From Strigamia acuminata (taxonomy: Eukaryota), in contig OX442314.1 of NCBI GenBank assembly GCA_949358305.1, positions 4,030,001-4,094,000 on the forward strand: a DNA stretch of 64,000 bases. The letters are read 5' to 3'. Of the stretch, positions 49,415 to 62,725 are shown piece by piece. The position numbers were made by a program, and so were the translations under genes. Positions within the stretch are counted from its first letter, which is position 1, and each line of letters opens with the position of its first letter. The notes below the pieces were generated by a model. That model was not told where the DNA came from. It did no database searches and saw nothing but the letters and a program-made list of their open reading frames with translations.

Positions 49415-52400
49415 CTACACATACGAATTTTCTACTTTTGCTTTCTTGCGAATCTTCCTCGCGGTCAGTGAAAATGACCACTTGTCCCCGCTAGTCCAAT
49501 CGTTACCTGTCAAACGGAATTTAAATTGATTTAAATTGAATATGAAACAACGAATATATATAAAATAGCATTCGTGCCTCGGCAGAGGTTGCATCGGTCG
49601 AGTCACGACGTTGGCAATGGCGTTGGCGATAGCGTGGGCATTGGCGATGATGTTGGTGAAGACGTTGGCGATGGGGTTGATCACTGGGGGCTGCTCGTCG
49701 ACTGGTTGGAACACGATCAGACCACGCTCGTTCAACATGGGCATGGCGCCCTGCTCGTTCAGCTGCTGCCTCCTCTGTACGGCCTCGAACGGCGACTTGC
49801 TCGGGTCGTGCTTCAGCTCCATCGCCTGTACTTCCGGGTGCGTGGCTACGTACTCTTGCTTCGCCTTCTTGGCGCCCTGCTGCACCTCCAGCCGATGCAG
49901 TTCATCGTCGTTCGAGAATTGAGGACATCTGCGTACAAATACAATTAGTATGTACATTAATGTCGAAAATTGGATGTTTTTGACCTAAAATTGAATTTTC
50001 TTGGCCTACAATTGAATTTTTTGGTCTTATATTGGATCTTTGGCCTAAAATTGAATTTATTTACCCTAAAATTAGATTTTTGGCCTAAAATAAGATTTTT
50101 GGCCTAAAATAAGATTTTTGGCCTAAAATTAGATTTTTGGCCTAAAATTAGATTTTTGGCCTAAAATTAGATTTTTGGCCTAAAATAAGATTTTTGGCCT
50201 AAAATTGATTTTTTTTAGCCTCAAATTAAATTTTTGTAGCTAAAAGAATGAATTTGTTGGCCTTAAATAAAGTTTTTGAGAGGTGTCCTATATAGACATG
50301 TCTTTTTCGCCTAGGTCATAATGCTTAATCAACTCGCCTTCCGTTCTCAAAATGCGTGTAGCTGACGATAGGTTCGCGACACACGTAGCAAAAGTGTTGG
50401 CCGCACGTGCACGTCATTTTGTTGCAGCCTTCCTCCTTGACGATGCGCCTCTTGCACCTCGGACACGCGCGCAACAGCGCCTCCGTCATCCGGTCCTCAA
50501 TGTACGTGCGGAACTGCACCTCGGACTTCTTCTCGTTCTCGTCGCAGCGCAGCGGAAGGTGGTTGGCTTCCTTGCAAAGCCTTTATCAAACAAAAATTTA
50601 AAAAAAAAAACATCTTTAGAAAAAATTTTATTTCTTTACCTGCAGGTGACTTTGAAACACTCGGGGTTGAGGCAGCGGAAGATCTTCACGTTCGCGTCCG
50701 GTATAATGGCGCAGAACGAGCAGTGCGGACACGACTCGAGGTCCGCGATGTCGGCGCGCCGGATCTCCTCGTCCTGCATCTTGCGCATCACGTTGGACAA
50801 CACGTTGGGCGCTAAAACCTTGCGCAGCGTCGTCAACGGGAACTCGGTCTCGCAGTACGCGTCCAGGCACGGGAATTGGTACTTGTCCTGGCCGATGAAC
50901 ACTTCGACCTGGCGCCGGATGCACGTTCCGCAGAACGAGTGTCCGACCGAGCACCGCAGCATGTCCTCCGCAAGCAGTTCGTCCTCGCAACAGCAATCGC
51001 ACGTCATTAGTTCGTCATTTTGTTTCGCCGTTGCGATTTTCCTCGTGCGTTCAGTTTCCTTGTCTGTTTTGAATTCTAAAAAATTAATATTTAAAAAAAA
51101 ATTAATTTTAGTCGTGACGTGACGTGACGGTTTATTACGTTTGACTCTGTCTTCCATTTCGATGTAGAGCTTTTCTTTGTAGAAGAGTTCGTCGACTTTC
51201 TTCGGCATGCGTTTGAGGTCGCTCATCGTCTTTTTTGTCCGCACGGATTCCTTCCTTTTTTTGGCTGATGGTTCTGCCAAGTTAGTCGAATTGTTGTTTT
51301 AGGTTTGTTGTTGTTTTTGTTTTGTTTGGGTGGTTTACCGCCGGTGGGGGGAACTTCCCAGGGCGCGTTCAACTCGTTCATGATGGGCGTGAGGTGGAAA
51401 CGTTGTTTCTCCATCACTCGGGTCAAATCCGCTTTGTGCGCCAGTCGGAATTGGTTTTGCACGTAAATCTGGACGTGTGATTTGTAAGATGCACTCACGG
51501 GTCTGTCGTTGTTTTGGAAATAGTTCTCCGGGTCTGGAAACATCTCCAGAAACTCCTCGACGCTGAAGTCGCTGAAATTCATTGAAAAATCATGGAAAAA
51601 AATTAGGAAAAATTGTTGAAAAGTCATGGAAAAAATTAGGAAAAATTATTGAAAAATCATGGAAAAAATTAGGAAAAATTGTTGAAAAATCATGGAAAAA
51701 AATTAGGAAAAATTATTGAAAAATCATGGAAAAAAATTAGGAAAAATAATTGAAAAATCATGGAAATAATTAGGAAAAATTATTGAAAAATCATGGAAAT
51801 AATTAGGAAAAATTATTGAAAAATCATGGAAAATAATAAAAATCTTGACAATCATGGAAATCCATAAAAAAAACTTGAAAAATCATGGAAATCTTGAATA
51901 ATCGTACAAAATCTTTTTAAAAAAAACTTTAAAAATCTTTATTTTAAAAAAAAATATTTTTAAAAAATAATTAAAACCCTTAAAAAATCATTAAAAGGCA
52001 TCAAAATACTTGTAAAAACCCTAAAATCTATTTAAAAAAATAAATAAATAAATAAAAACCTTTCCATAAATTTCCGTTTGGTCGCCGCCTTTTGAGCTTC
52101 GGCCAACTTAGGATAACTCCCACTCTCCAACCACCCGGAAACCGTCTCATTCACGAAATTCTCATCTCCCGTGTTTTCCTCGATGAAACTCCGCAAATAT
52201 TCCGGATCCGCGTCCGGAAACACTTCCAAAATCGACTTCACCGTATCCATCGTAATCGACACATCGTTATTCACTACGGCCGACGTCGACGCGATCGATC
52301 CCGACCCATTAATCGCATCTGACCGGAAGTCATTCGCCACCGGAAGCGGCGCCGTCCCGTCCATTCCAAGCAACTCGCCGATCACGACGCGCACCCGGTC

Positions 52401-52664
52401 CGGATTCTCATGAAACGCCTCCAAATACGCGAGGATCTCCTCCCGGCTCGTATTCGGAACGAATTCTTTCACCACGTCCACATCCTTCACCAATTCGTCG
52501 TATTTGTCCACTTTCTGCTCACACAGGATCTTCAACGGCGCTTCTTCGGCTTTCTGTGGCTTCTTCGCGCTCAAACGATCGATCACAATGCCCCTTGTGT
52601 TGGCATTTTCATTCTCACTGTCAATTTTAACCAACTCGTAAACTTCTGTGCCGGTATTTTTCAT
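49415..52664 (-). CDS. RNF216-like RBR E3 ligase copy 3 (apparently intact, multi-exon)
   Basis: All exons are joinable by GT/GC-AG introns; RING1-IBR-RING2 with the GCNKM catalytic Cys motif. Confidence 0.82.
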
Positions 52665-52992
52665 TGTCGGAAATGGTTTAAAGACGAGACTGATTATTTA
52701 ATATCTACATATATTATTGTAAAAATTTTGTAATTAAACCTAACATGAACTTTTGGCAAATCGGAATATGGACTTACGGGAATTATCACTTCTTCTATTC
52801 GCTTCGAAAATTGGACTCGATCATAACAACACGCGTGGTCAAAATGGGACTAATTGCATGACTTGTCCGGGCTGGTTCTCCCGGTTCTCCTGGGACAACG
52901 CCATTGACCGGCAGTGGCCACTGTCAGAAGCTCTCGAAAGTTCTTCGTGGTTTGGGCATTATTGGGTTGTTGTGGCATTTATTACTGCCACA
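52647..52992 (-). mobile_element. Solo LTR at the 5' end of copy 3
   Basis: TGTG...CCACA; flanks CTTC/CTTG. Confidence 0.75.
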
Positions 52993-53712
52993 CTTGGTTC
53001 AGATCCACCACGTCACCTGGATGCGGCTCTCGAGGCGTCTCGGTGATCGGATTCACTTCCTACACACAATTTAAATACGTTTTAATGACGAATTCAATGT
53101 TTTTGCGGCTTAGATTTAGAAAATAAAAGCCCTGGCTGGATTTTGGGATGACGTTTAAATTGCGCGCGCTAGGAAAGCGCCGTTGCGTGTTTTTTAAAGA
53201 CGAAATGAAATGCCGCCACCATTTTATTTTAATATTTGAGTTTGTAACCAATTTAAATTTAAATTTTTTATACAAAAAGCTTGTCTTTTCAATGTGAAAA
53301 CTCATCAAAAGAATCGTTAAAAGAATTATTCTCTTGTTCATACTCTTGTTCTTGTTGTTCATCACCTGGTGGCGATAATTAAAATGAATGCTATTTACAC
53401 CGGATCAACGGTAAAGCCAATATAAAAATCGAATTGATAACAAACATTTGTAAAACAAAAATAAAATAAAAAATAAGTAAATTGATTTAAAAAAAGTAAA
53501 AAATGTCTGTTTTATGTACACATATACAATGACTAATCATAATGAACAATACGAATTTCAAGCTTTTGCTTTCTTGCCAATCTTCCTCGCGCTTGTGAAA
53601 ATTACAAGTTGCCTCCGTTATTCCTATTGTTACCTGACAAACGGAATTAAATTAAATATATAAAAGACTTTTACTTCGCGTGACGATCACCTGTTCTCGT
53701 GCCTCGGCCGGG

Positions 53713-56652
53713 TCACACAACGTTGGCGATGGCGTTGGCGTTGACGATCACTGGGGGTTGCTCGTTGACTCGTTGGAACACGATCAGTCCTTGCGCGTTC
53801 GGCCTGGGCACGGCACCCTGCGCGTTGGGCCTGGCCACGGCGCCCTGCGCGTTCGGCATTGGCACGGCGCCCTGCGCGTTCGGCCTGGCCACGGCGCCCT
53901 GCGCGTTCGGCCTGGGCCCATTGATTTGTTGGAACACGATCAGTCCTTGCTCGTTCAGCCTGGGCATGGCGGCCCGGGCGTACTCCTGCTGCCTCCTCTG
54001 CACGGCCGGGAACGGCGCCTTGCTCGGGTCGTTCTTCAGCTCCATCGCCTGCACTTCCGGGTGCGTCGCTACGTACTCTTGCTTCGCCTTCTTGGCGCCC
54101 TCCTGCACCTCCAGCCGATGCAGTTCATCGTCGTTCGACAATTGAGGACACCTGCGTTCAAATGCGATTAGTATGTACATTTAAAAGTGCATTTTTTTGG
54201 CCTAAAATGAATTTTTTTCGCCTAAAATGAATTTTTTTGGCCTAAAATAAATTTGTTTGACCTAAAATGAATTTCTTTTAGCCTAAAATAAATTTCTTTT
54301 GGCCTAAAATAAATTTCTTTTGGCTTAAAATGAATTTTTTTTGGCCTAAAATAAATTTGTTTGACCTAAAATGAATTTCTTTTGGCCTAAAATTAATTTT
54401 TTTGCCTAAAATTAATTTTTAATCAACTCGCCTTCCATTCTGGAAATGCGCGTAGTTGGCGATGGGCTCGCGACACACGTAGCAGAACGTCTGACCGCAC
54501 GTGCACGTCATCATGTTGCAGCCTTCCTCCTTGACGATGCGCCTCTTGCACCGCGGACACGTGCGCAGCAGCGCCTCCGTCATCCGGTCCTCGATGTGCG
54601 AGCGAAACTGCATCTCGGCCTTCTTCTCCTCGCAGCTCAGCGGAACATGGTTGGCTTCCTTGCAAAGCCTGCACGTGACTTTGAAACACTCGGGGTTGAG
54701 GCAGCAGAAAATCTTCACGTTCGCGTCCGGCATGATGGCGCAGAACGAGCAATGCGGGCACGACTCGAGGTCCGCGATGCCGGCGTGCCGGATCTCCTCC
54801 TCTTGCATCTTGCGCATCAGATTGGACAACACGTTGGGCGCTAAAACCTCGCGCAGCGTCGTCAACGGGAACTCGGTCTCGCAGTACGCGTCCAAGCACG
54901 GGAATTGGTACTTGTCCTGGCCAATGCGCACCTCGGCCAGGTGCCGGATGCACGTTCTGCAGAACAAGTGTCCGTCAGAGCATTGCAGCATGTCCTCTAG
55001 ACGCAGTTCGTCTTCGAAACAGCAGTCGCACGTCATCAGTTCGTCATTTTGTTTCGCCATTGCGAATTTCCTCGTCCGTTCCGTTTCCTTGTCTGTTTTG
55101 AATTCTAAAAAATAAATATCGAAAAAAAAAATTAATTTTAGTCGTGACGTGACGTGACGTGACGTGTCGGTTTATTACGTTTGATTCTGTCCTTCATTTC
55201 GACGAAGAGTTTTTCTTTGTAGAAGAGTAAGTCGATTTCTTTGGGCATGGGTTCGAGGTCGGTCATCGTCTTTTTTTTGCGCACGGTTATCTTTCTTTTT
55301 TTGGATGGATTACCCGTGGACGAATAAGGTTTATTCGTCCAAGGATTACCGTCGGTGGGGGGAAGGTTCCAGGGCGCGTTCAACTGGTTCATGATGGGCG
55401 TGAGGTGGAAATTGTGTTTAATCATCAGTCGGGTCAAATCGGCTTTGTGCGCCAGTGGGAATTGGTTTTGCAGGTAAATCTGGACGTGTAATTTGTAATT
55501 CGCACTCATGGGTCTGTCGTTGTTTTCGAAATAGTTCTCCGCGTCTGGAAACATCTCGAGAAACTCCTCGACGCTGAAGTCGCTGAAATTCATCGGAAAA
55601 TCATGGAAATAATCAGGAAAAATCAGAAAAAAATCGTGAAAAATCAGATGAAAAAATTCTTAATTTCTAAAAAAATATAATGAAAAATCGTGAAAATCAT
55701 GAAAAATCTTGAAAATTTTAAAAATCTTGAAAATTTTAAAAATCTTCAAAATTAAGAAAAATCTTGAAAATCAAGAAAAATCTTGAAAATTAAGAAAAAT
55801 CTTGAAAATCTTGAAAATCAAGAAAAATCTTGAAAACCATGAAAATTCTTGAAAATCATAAAAAATCATGAAAATTCTTGAAAATCATAAAAATCTTGAA
55901 AAATCGTAAAAAAAAAAAAAATTTTTTTTAAAAAAACAATGACAAATCTTGTTTAAAAAAAATTAAGAATAAATGAAAAATCATTAAAAAGCTTGAAAAT
56001 ACTTATAAAATCGTGACAAAACCCTAAAATCTATATAAAACAATAAAAACCTTTCTATTAATTTCCGTGTAGTCGCCGCCTTTTGAGCTTCGGCCAACTT
56101 CGGATATTTCCCACTCTCCAACCACCCGGAAACCGTCACATTCACGAAATTAACATCGCCCGTGTTCGTCTCGATGAAACTCCGCAAATATTCCGGATCC
56201 GCGTCCGGAAACACTTCCAAAATCGACTTCACTGAATCCATCGTAACCGACACACCGCCCGAAGTCGACGCGATCGGTCCCGACTCATTAATCTCATTAA
56301 TCGCACCCGTCCGGACGCCATTCGCTACCGGAAACGGCGCCGGCCCGACCATTCCACGCAACTCGCCGATCACGACGCGCACCCGGTCCGGATTCTCGTG
56401 CAGCGCCTCGAAATACGCGAGGATCTCCTCCCGGCTCGTATTCGGAACGAATTTCTTCACCACGTCCACATCCTTCACCAATTCGTCGTATTTGTCCACT
56501 TTCTTCTCCCCCAGGATCGTCAACGGCGCTTCTTCGGCTTTCTTCAGCTTTTTGGCGTTCAAACGATCGATCACGATGCTCCTTCTCTTGGCATTTTTAT
56601 TCTCAACGTCAATTTCAATCAATTCGTACACTTCTGTGGCGGGATTTGTCAT
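53713..56652 (-). CDS. RNF216-like RBR E3 ligase copy 4 (apparently intact)
   Basis: RBR block 54432-55060 with GCNMM; C-terminal RPNAQGAV repeats. Confidence 0.82.
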
Positions 56653-56999
56653 TCTCGGAAGTGTATTAAATACGAGACTGATTGTTGAATATCTACAAAT
56701 AATATTGCAAAAAATTTGTAATTAAGCCTAACATGAACTTTTGGCAAATCGGAATACGGACTTACGGGAATTAGCACTTCTTCTATTCGCTTCGGAAAAA
56801 GGACTCGATCGTACAACACGCGTGGTCAAAATGTGACCTATTGGCTGACTTGTGCGAACTTGTAGCCTTGGCCACAGTCTATACTGTGGCCTTGGCTTGG
56901 AACAACGCCATTGACCGGCAGTGGCCACTGTCAGAAGCTCTCGAAATATCTTTGGGGTTTTGGTATTATTGGGTTGTTGTGGCATTTATCACTGCCACA
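56635..56999 (-). mobile_element. Solo LTR (365 bp) at the 5' end of copy 4
   Basis: TGTGGC...GCCACA inverted termini; perfect TSD CTTC at 56631-56634 and 57000-57003. Confidence 0.82.
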
Positions 57000-57866
57000 C
57001 TTCGTTCAGATCCACCACGTCATCCGGATGCGGCTCTCGAGGCGTCTCGGTGATCGGATTCACTTCCTACACACAAATTAAATACATTTTAATGTCGAAT
57101 TTAATGTTTTTGAGGCTTAGATTTAGAAAATAAAAGCCGTGGATTTGGGATGAGGTTTAAATTGCGCGCGCAATGAAGCGCCGTTGCATGTTTTGTAAAG
57201 ACAAAATGAAATGCCGCCGCCATTTTATTTTAACATTTGAGCTTGTTACCAATTTAAATTTAAATTTTCTAAACAAAAAGCTTGTCTTTTCAATGTGAAA
57301 ACTCATCAAAAGAATCGTTAAAAGAATCATCCTCTTGTTCGTAGTCTTGTTCTTGTTGTTCATCACCTGGTGGCGATAATTAAAATGAATACTATTTACA
57401 CCGGATCACGGTAAACAGCAGCAGACACGAATGTGACTGATCGCAGCTTTTCAATACATCAAAAAAAAGCAAAAGCACCTGTTTATTCATTATGGTTTTT
57501 CCTCATTTAGCGATAAATTGATAACAAAAATTAAACGTTGATATTCGGCATTGCGAAGACGAATTCAGTCAAATTTCAAACCGGCAATTTATTCGCATTT
57601 GATAAAAAAAAAATGAATTAAAATAAAAAAAAAAAAATTGATTTAGAAAAATAAAAAATGCCCGCTTTATGTACACATATACAATGACTAATCACAAAAA
57701 TAATAAACAATAAATAATGAACAATATGAATTTTAAGCTTTTGCTTTCTTGCCAATCTTCCTCGCTCGTGGTCAGTTGTCTCCGCTAGTCCAATCGTTAC
57801 CTGTCAAACAAAATTTAAATTAATTTAAATTGAATATATAAAAAATAGCTTTACTTTGCGTGACGA

Positions 57867-60800
57867 TCACCAGTTCCAGCGCCTCGGCGCAGGTTGCATC
57901 GGTGGAGTCACGACGTTGACGTTGGCGTAGGCGTTGGCGTTGGCGTAGGCGTTGGCGTTGACGTTGACCGTCACTGGGGGCTGCTCATTGACTTGTTGGA
58001 ACACGATCAGTCCTTGCTCGTTCAGCCTGGGCATGGCGGCCCGCGCGTACTCCTGCTGCCTCCTCTGCACGGCCGCGAACGGCGTCTTACTCGGGTCGTT
58101 CTTCAGCTCCATCGCCTGCACTTCCGGGTGCGTCGCTACGTACTCTTGCTTGGCCTTCTTAGCGCCCTCCTGCACCTCCAGTCGATGCAGTTCATCGTCG
58201 TTCGAGAATTGAGGACACCTGCGTTCGAATGCGATTAGTATGTACATTTATGTCGAAAATTGAATTTTTAAAAAATTGAATTTTTTGCCCTAAAATTAAA
58301 TTTTTTTGGCTTAAAATTGAATTTTTTTGGCTTAAAATTGAATTTTTTGACTAAAATTGAATTCTTTTGGTTTAAAATTGAATTCTTTTAGCCTGAAAAT
58401 TTAAAAAATGAATTTTGGCCTAAAAATTAAAAAAATAAATTTTAGCCGAAAAATTTAAAAAATGAATTTTGGCCTAAAAATTTAAAAAAAGAATTTTGGT
58501 CTAAAAATTAAAAAAATTAATTTTGGCCTAAAAATTAAAAAAATTAATTTTGGCTTAAAAATTTAAAAAATGAATTTTGGCCTAAAAATTTAAAAAAAGA
58601 ATTTTGGCCTAAAAATTTAAAAAATGAATTTTGGCCTAAAAATTTAAAAAATGAATTTTGGCCTAAAAATTTAAAAAATGAATTTTGGCCTAAAAATTTA
58701 AAAAATAAATTTTGTCCTAAAAATTTTAAAAATGAATTTTGGCCTAAAAATTTAAAAAATACATTTTGACCTAAAAATTTAAAAAATGAATCTTTATGGC
58801 ATAAAAATGAATTTTATGGCATAAAAAATGAATTTTATGGCATAAGAAATGAATTTTTTGCCCTAGACATTTGTCTTTTTTGCCTAGGTCATAACGCTTA
58901 ATCAACTCGCCTTCCATTCTCGAAATGCTTGTAGTCGGCGATGGGCTCGCGACAAACATAGCAGAAGTATTGGCCGCACGTGCACGTCATCTTGTTGCAG
59001 CCTTCCTCCTTGACGATGCGCCTCTTGCACCGCGGACACGTGCGCAGCAGTGCCTCCGTCATGCGGTCCTCAATGTGCGTGCGGAACTTCACCTCGTCTT
59101 TCTGCTCGATCTCGTCACAGCGCAACGGGAGGTGGTTGGCTTCCTTGCAAAGCCTGATTAACGATAAAATTTAAATTAAAACCATTTCCCATTTCCTTTC
59201 GTCACAACCTGCACGTGACTTTGAGACACTCGGGGTTGAGGCACCGGAAGATCTTCACGTTCGCGTCCGGCATGATGGCGCAAAACGAGCAATGCGGGCA
59301 CGACTCGAGGTCCGCGATGTCCGCGCGCCGAATTTCTTCCTCCTGCATCTTACGCATCACGTTGGACAACACGTTTGGCGCTAAAACCTCGCGCAGCGTC
59401 GTCAGCGGGAACTCCGTCTCGCAGTACGCGTCCAGGCACGGGAATTGGTATTTATCCTGGCCGATGTGCACCTCGGCCTGGCGCCGGATGCACGTTTTGC
59501 AGAACAAGTGTCCGAACGAGCACTGCAGCATGTCCTCCGCAAGCACTTCGTCCTCGAAACAGCAGTCGCACGTCATCAGCTCGTGTTTTTGCTTCGCCAT
59601 TGCGATTTTCCTCGTCCGTTCCGTTTCCTTGTCTGTTTTGAATTCTAAAAAATAAATATTGAAAAAAAAATTAATTTTAGACGTGACGTGACGTGACGTG
59701 ACGGTTTATTACGTTTGATTCTGTCCTCCATTTCGATGAAGAGCTTTTCTTTGTAGAAGAGTTCGTCGATTTCCTGCGGCATGCGTTTGATTGAGCTTCT
59801 GTTTTTCTTTATACGGAGCGTTTCCCTTCTTTTCTTGATTAGTGGTTCTGCGGGTTTGTGTTATTTTGTGTTTAATTGTTTTTATATTGCGTGATTATTA
59901 ATTTACCGTCGTTGGGAGAGACGTTCCAGAGCGCGTTCAATTCGTTCATGATGGGCGTGAGGTGGAAACGGTGTTTCTCCATCACTTGAGTCAAATCGGC
60001 TTTGTATGCCAGTCGGAACTGGTTTTCCACGAAAATCTGGACGTGTGATTTGTAAGGTGCACTCACGGGTCTGTCGTTGTTTTGGAAATAGTTCTCCGGG
60101 TCGGGAAACATCTCCAGAAACTCCTCGACGCTGAAGTCGCTGAAATTCAAAGAAAAACCATTGACAATTCTTGAAAAATGTTTTTCAAAAATAATGAAAA
60201 AACTTTTTCAAAAATGAAAAATGAAAAATGAAAAATGAAAAATGTTGAAATTCATGAAAAATGTTAAAATTTATGAAAAATCTTTAAAATCATGATAAAT
60301 CTTGAAAAAATCATGAAAAATCTAGAAAAATCATCGAAAATCGTAAAAAAAATTAAAAATACAATTTTTTTTAATAGATTTTAAATCTATTTAAAAAAAA
60401 TAAAAAAATTTTTTTTAAATAAATTTGAAAAATCATTAAAAAGTATGAAAATACTTGTAAAATCATAACAAAACCCTAAAATCTACATAAAACAAAATAA
60501 AAATAAAAAACCTTTCCACAAATTTCCGTTTGGTCGCCGCCTTTTGAGCTTCGGCCAACTTCGGATAACCGCCACTCTCCAACCACCCGGAAACCGTCTC
60601 ATTCACGAAATTCACATCATCCACGTATTTCTCAGTAAAACTCCGCAAAAATTCCGGATCCGCGTCCGGAAACACTTCCAAAATCGCCTTCACCGTATCC
60701 ACCGTAATCGCCACACCGTCATCCACTTCGGCCGAAGTCGACGCGATCGGTCCCGACCCATCAACCCCATCGATCCGGACGTCATTCGCCACCGGAAACG

Positions 60801-61291
60801 GCGCCGTCCCGTCCATTCCGAGCAACTCTCCGACGACGATGCGCACTCGGTCCGGATTCTCATGAAACGCCTCCAAATACGCGAGGATCTCCTCCCGGCT
60901 CGTATTCGGAACGAATTTCTTCACCACGTCCACTTCCTTCACCAATTCGTCGTATTTGTCCACTTTCTCCTCCCCCGGGATCTCCAACGGCGCTTCTTCC
61001 GCTTTCTGCGGCATTTTAGCGATCAAACGATCAATCACGACGTTCCGTCTGTTGGCATTTTCATTCTCCGTTTCAACCAACTCGTAAACTTCGTTGGGAT
61101 CCACCGCGTAGTCCGGATACAGCTGTCGAAGCGTCTCGATGACCGAATTCACTTCCTACACACAAATTGTAATTAGTCTTTAACGTTTTAGAACGTAAAA
61201 AGTGAATTAATACCTTCAATTTACGATTAAATTCCTCCGGAGCGTTATTTTCTTCATGTTGTGGGTTGTTTAAAAATTCTGCTTTTTTCAT
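57867..61291 (-). CDS. RNF216: RNF216/TRIAD3-like RBR E3 ligase copy 5 (ancestral-type structure)
   Basis: Own ATG exon 61291-61214, uninterrupted exon 2 (EVNSVIETLRQLYPDY...), all introns present, complete RBR. The symbol reflects family resemblance, not proven orthology. Confidence 0.8.
58260..58860. repeat. Intronic ~20-29 bp degenerate minisatellite (gaattttggcctaaaa...)
   Basis: Variable-length array inside the GC-AG intron of every ligase copy. Confidence 0.85.
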
Positions 61292-61769
61292 CGTTGTTTT
61301 TATTATTAAATGACGAATTCGATGTTTTTGGCGATCGCTACGTGTTGACGTTCATGACGGCTCAACTAAGTGAAAATAATGGAAAAATAAGACGTGTTCG
61401 GGCATGAATTACTCATAAATACCTGAATGTTTGCTGAGACAGATTTCCAGCTGTGAAATATGACGGTGACAAACGAGACAATCACGCCAAACGTTTGCTG
61501 GAAGAATTGGCAATCGGCTTTTAGGCTTAGATTTTGGAAAATAAAAGCCCTGCCCTGGCTTTAGGGATGAGGTTTAAATTGCGCGCGCAACGAAGCGCCG
61601 TTGCATGTTTTTTAAAGACAAAATGTAATGCCATTATCATTGTTTTATTTCTTAAATTGTAAATTTATTATTATTACTATTATTATTCATGAAATGGTTT
61701 AAATAATTGATTCTAAAATAATATTTGATGATTTTTAACATAATACGGCGCTACTTGGTGCAATCCAAA

Positions 61770-62712
61770 ATGGCGATGTTGTTGTGGTCGAGTACGAGAA
61801 GATCGGTATTGAATGGTATGAAATATCAAATCTGTCGTGATTTTCTGAGTATCGGACAAAGAGGACTGCATATTACAGCTCCGAATTGCGTAAAAGAAAG
61901 TAAATTATAATATGGGTGGAGTTTTTAAAGGTTATAAAACAATTTTTTGTCTCGTTTAATTTCAGTCAGAGAAACCCGCGACGGCAAAACGACGACGATC
62001 GAAGGAGTAATCAAAGAATCGACTAGAAAACCGCATTTAATTCAAGTTGATAATCCCCACAACGCATGTCCGCTGTGCAGACTGGGATTAACAAACATCA
62101 AATACACAGTAATTGATTTTTAACGTGAAAAACGAGTGTTTTTAATTGGTTAAATATTGAATTTGTAGGATGTGCTCATAATAGCCCAATTCGTGCAGTC
62201 GGACGGTGAAATAATGCCACAAGCAGCGACTCAACTGTGCGATTCGAGTTACGTTCAAATGATCCAATTAGTGGACGAAGCGAACAAAGCGGGTAATTTT
62301 AATTTTATGCGGCTTAAATTGAACAAGCATCGATGTTTTGCCGTTTAAATTGTATAAACATTCATTTCTTCAAGTGAAATTGAACCAAAATCCATTTTAT
62401 TCGTATAAATTGAATAAACATCGATGTTTTGCGGTTTAAATTGACTAAACATTGATGTTTTGCCGTTAAAATTGAATAAAATCCATTTTTTTTCGTAAAA
62501 TTAAACAAAAATGCATTTTATTTAAAGGTTTGTTGTGGACTAAACGACCGGCGCCTTGGAACACCGAGTTGATGGGCTGGGAGAAGTGCAACACGTACTT
62601 CGAAAGCGAACGAGAAGTGAAAATGAAGGAGAGGGCGCGCAGAGAGCACGTTTCTTATTACTACGAGAAAGCGCCGAAAACCAAGAGATTCACGCTACAA
62701 GACATCTTGTGA
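61770..62712 (+). CDS. mRpS18A: Mitochondrial ribosomal protein S18a (mL66); exons 61770-61899, 61966-62108, 62169-62292, 62528-62712
   Basis: The spliced product has a transit-like N-terminus, DGKTTTIEG, CPLCR, KYTDVLIIAQFV..DGEIMP...TQLC and AGLL. Confidence 0.87.
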
Positions 62713-62725
62713 TGGAAATTAAATT

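Noticed and set aside
51223..51340. Apparent frameshift in ligase copies 1 and 3
   Set aside because: Explained by a small G|GTAAAC...CTAAC...CAG intron that is also present in copy 5.
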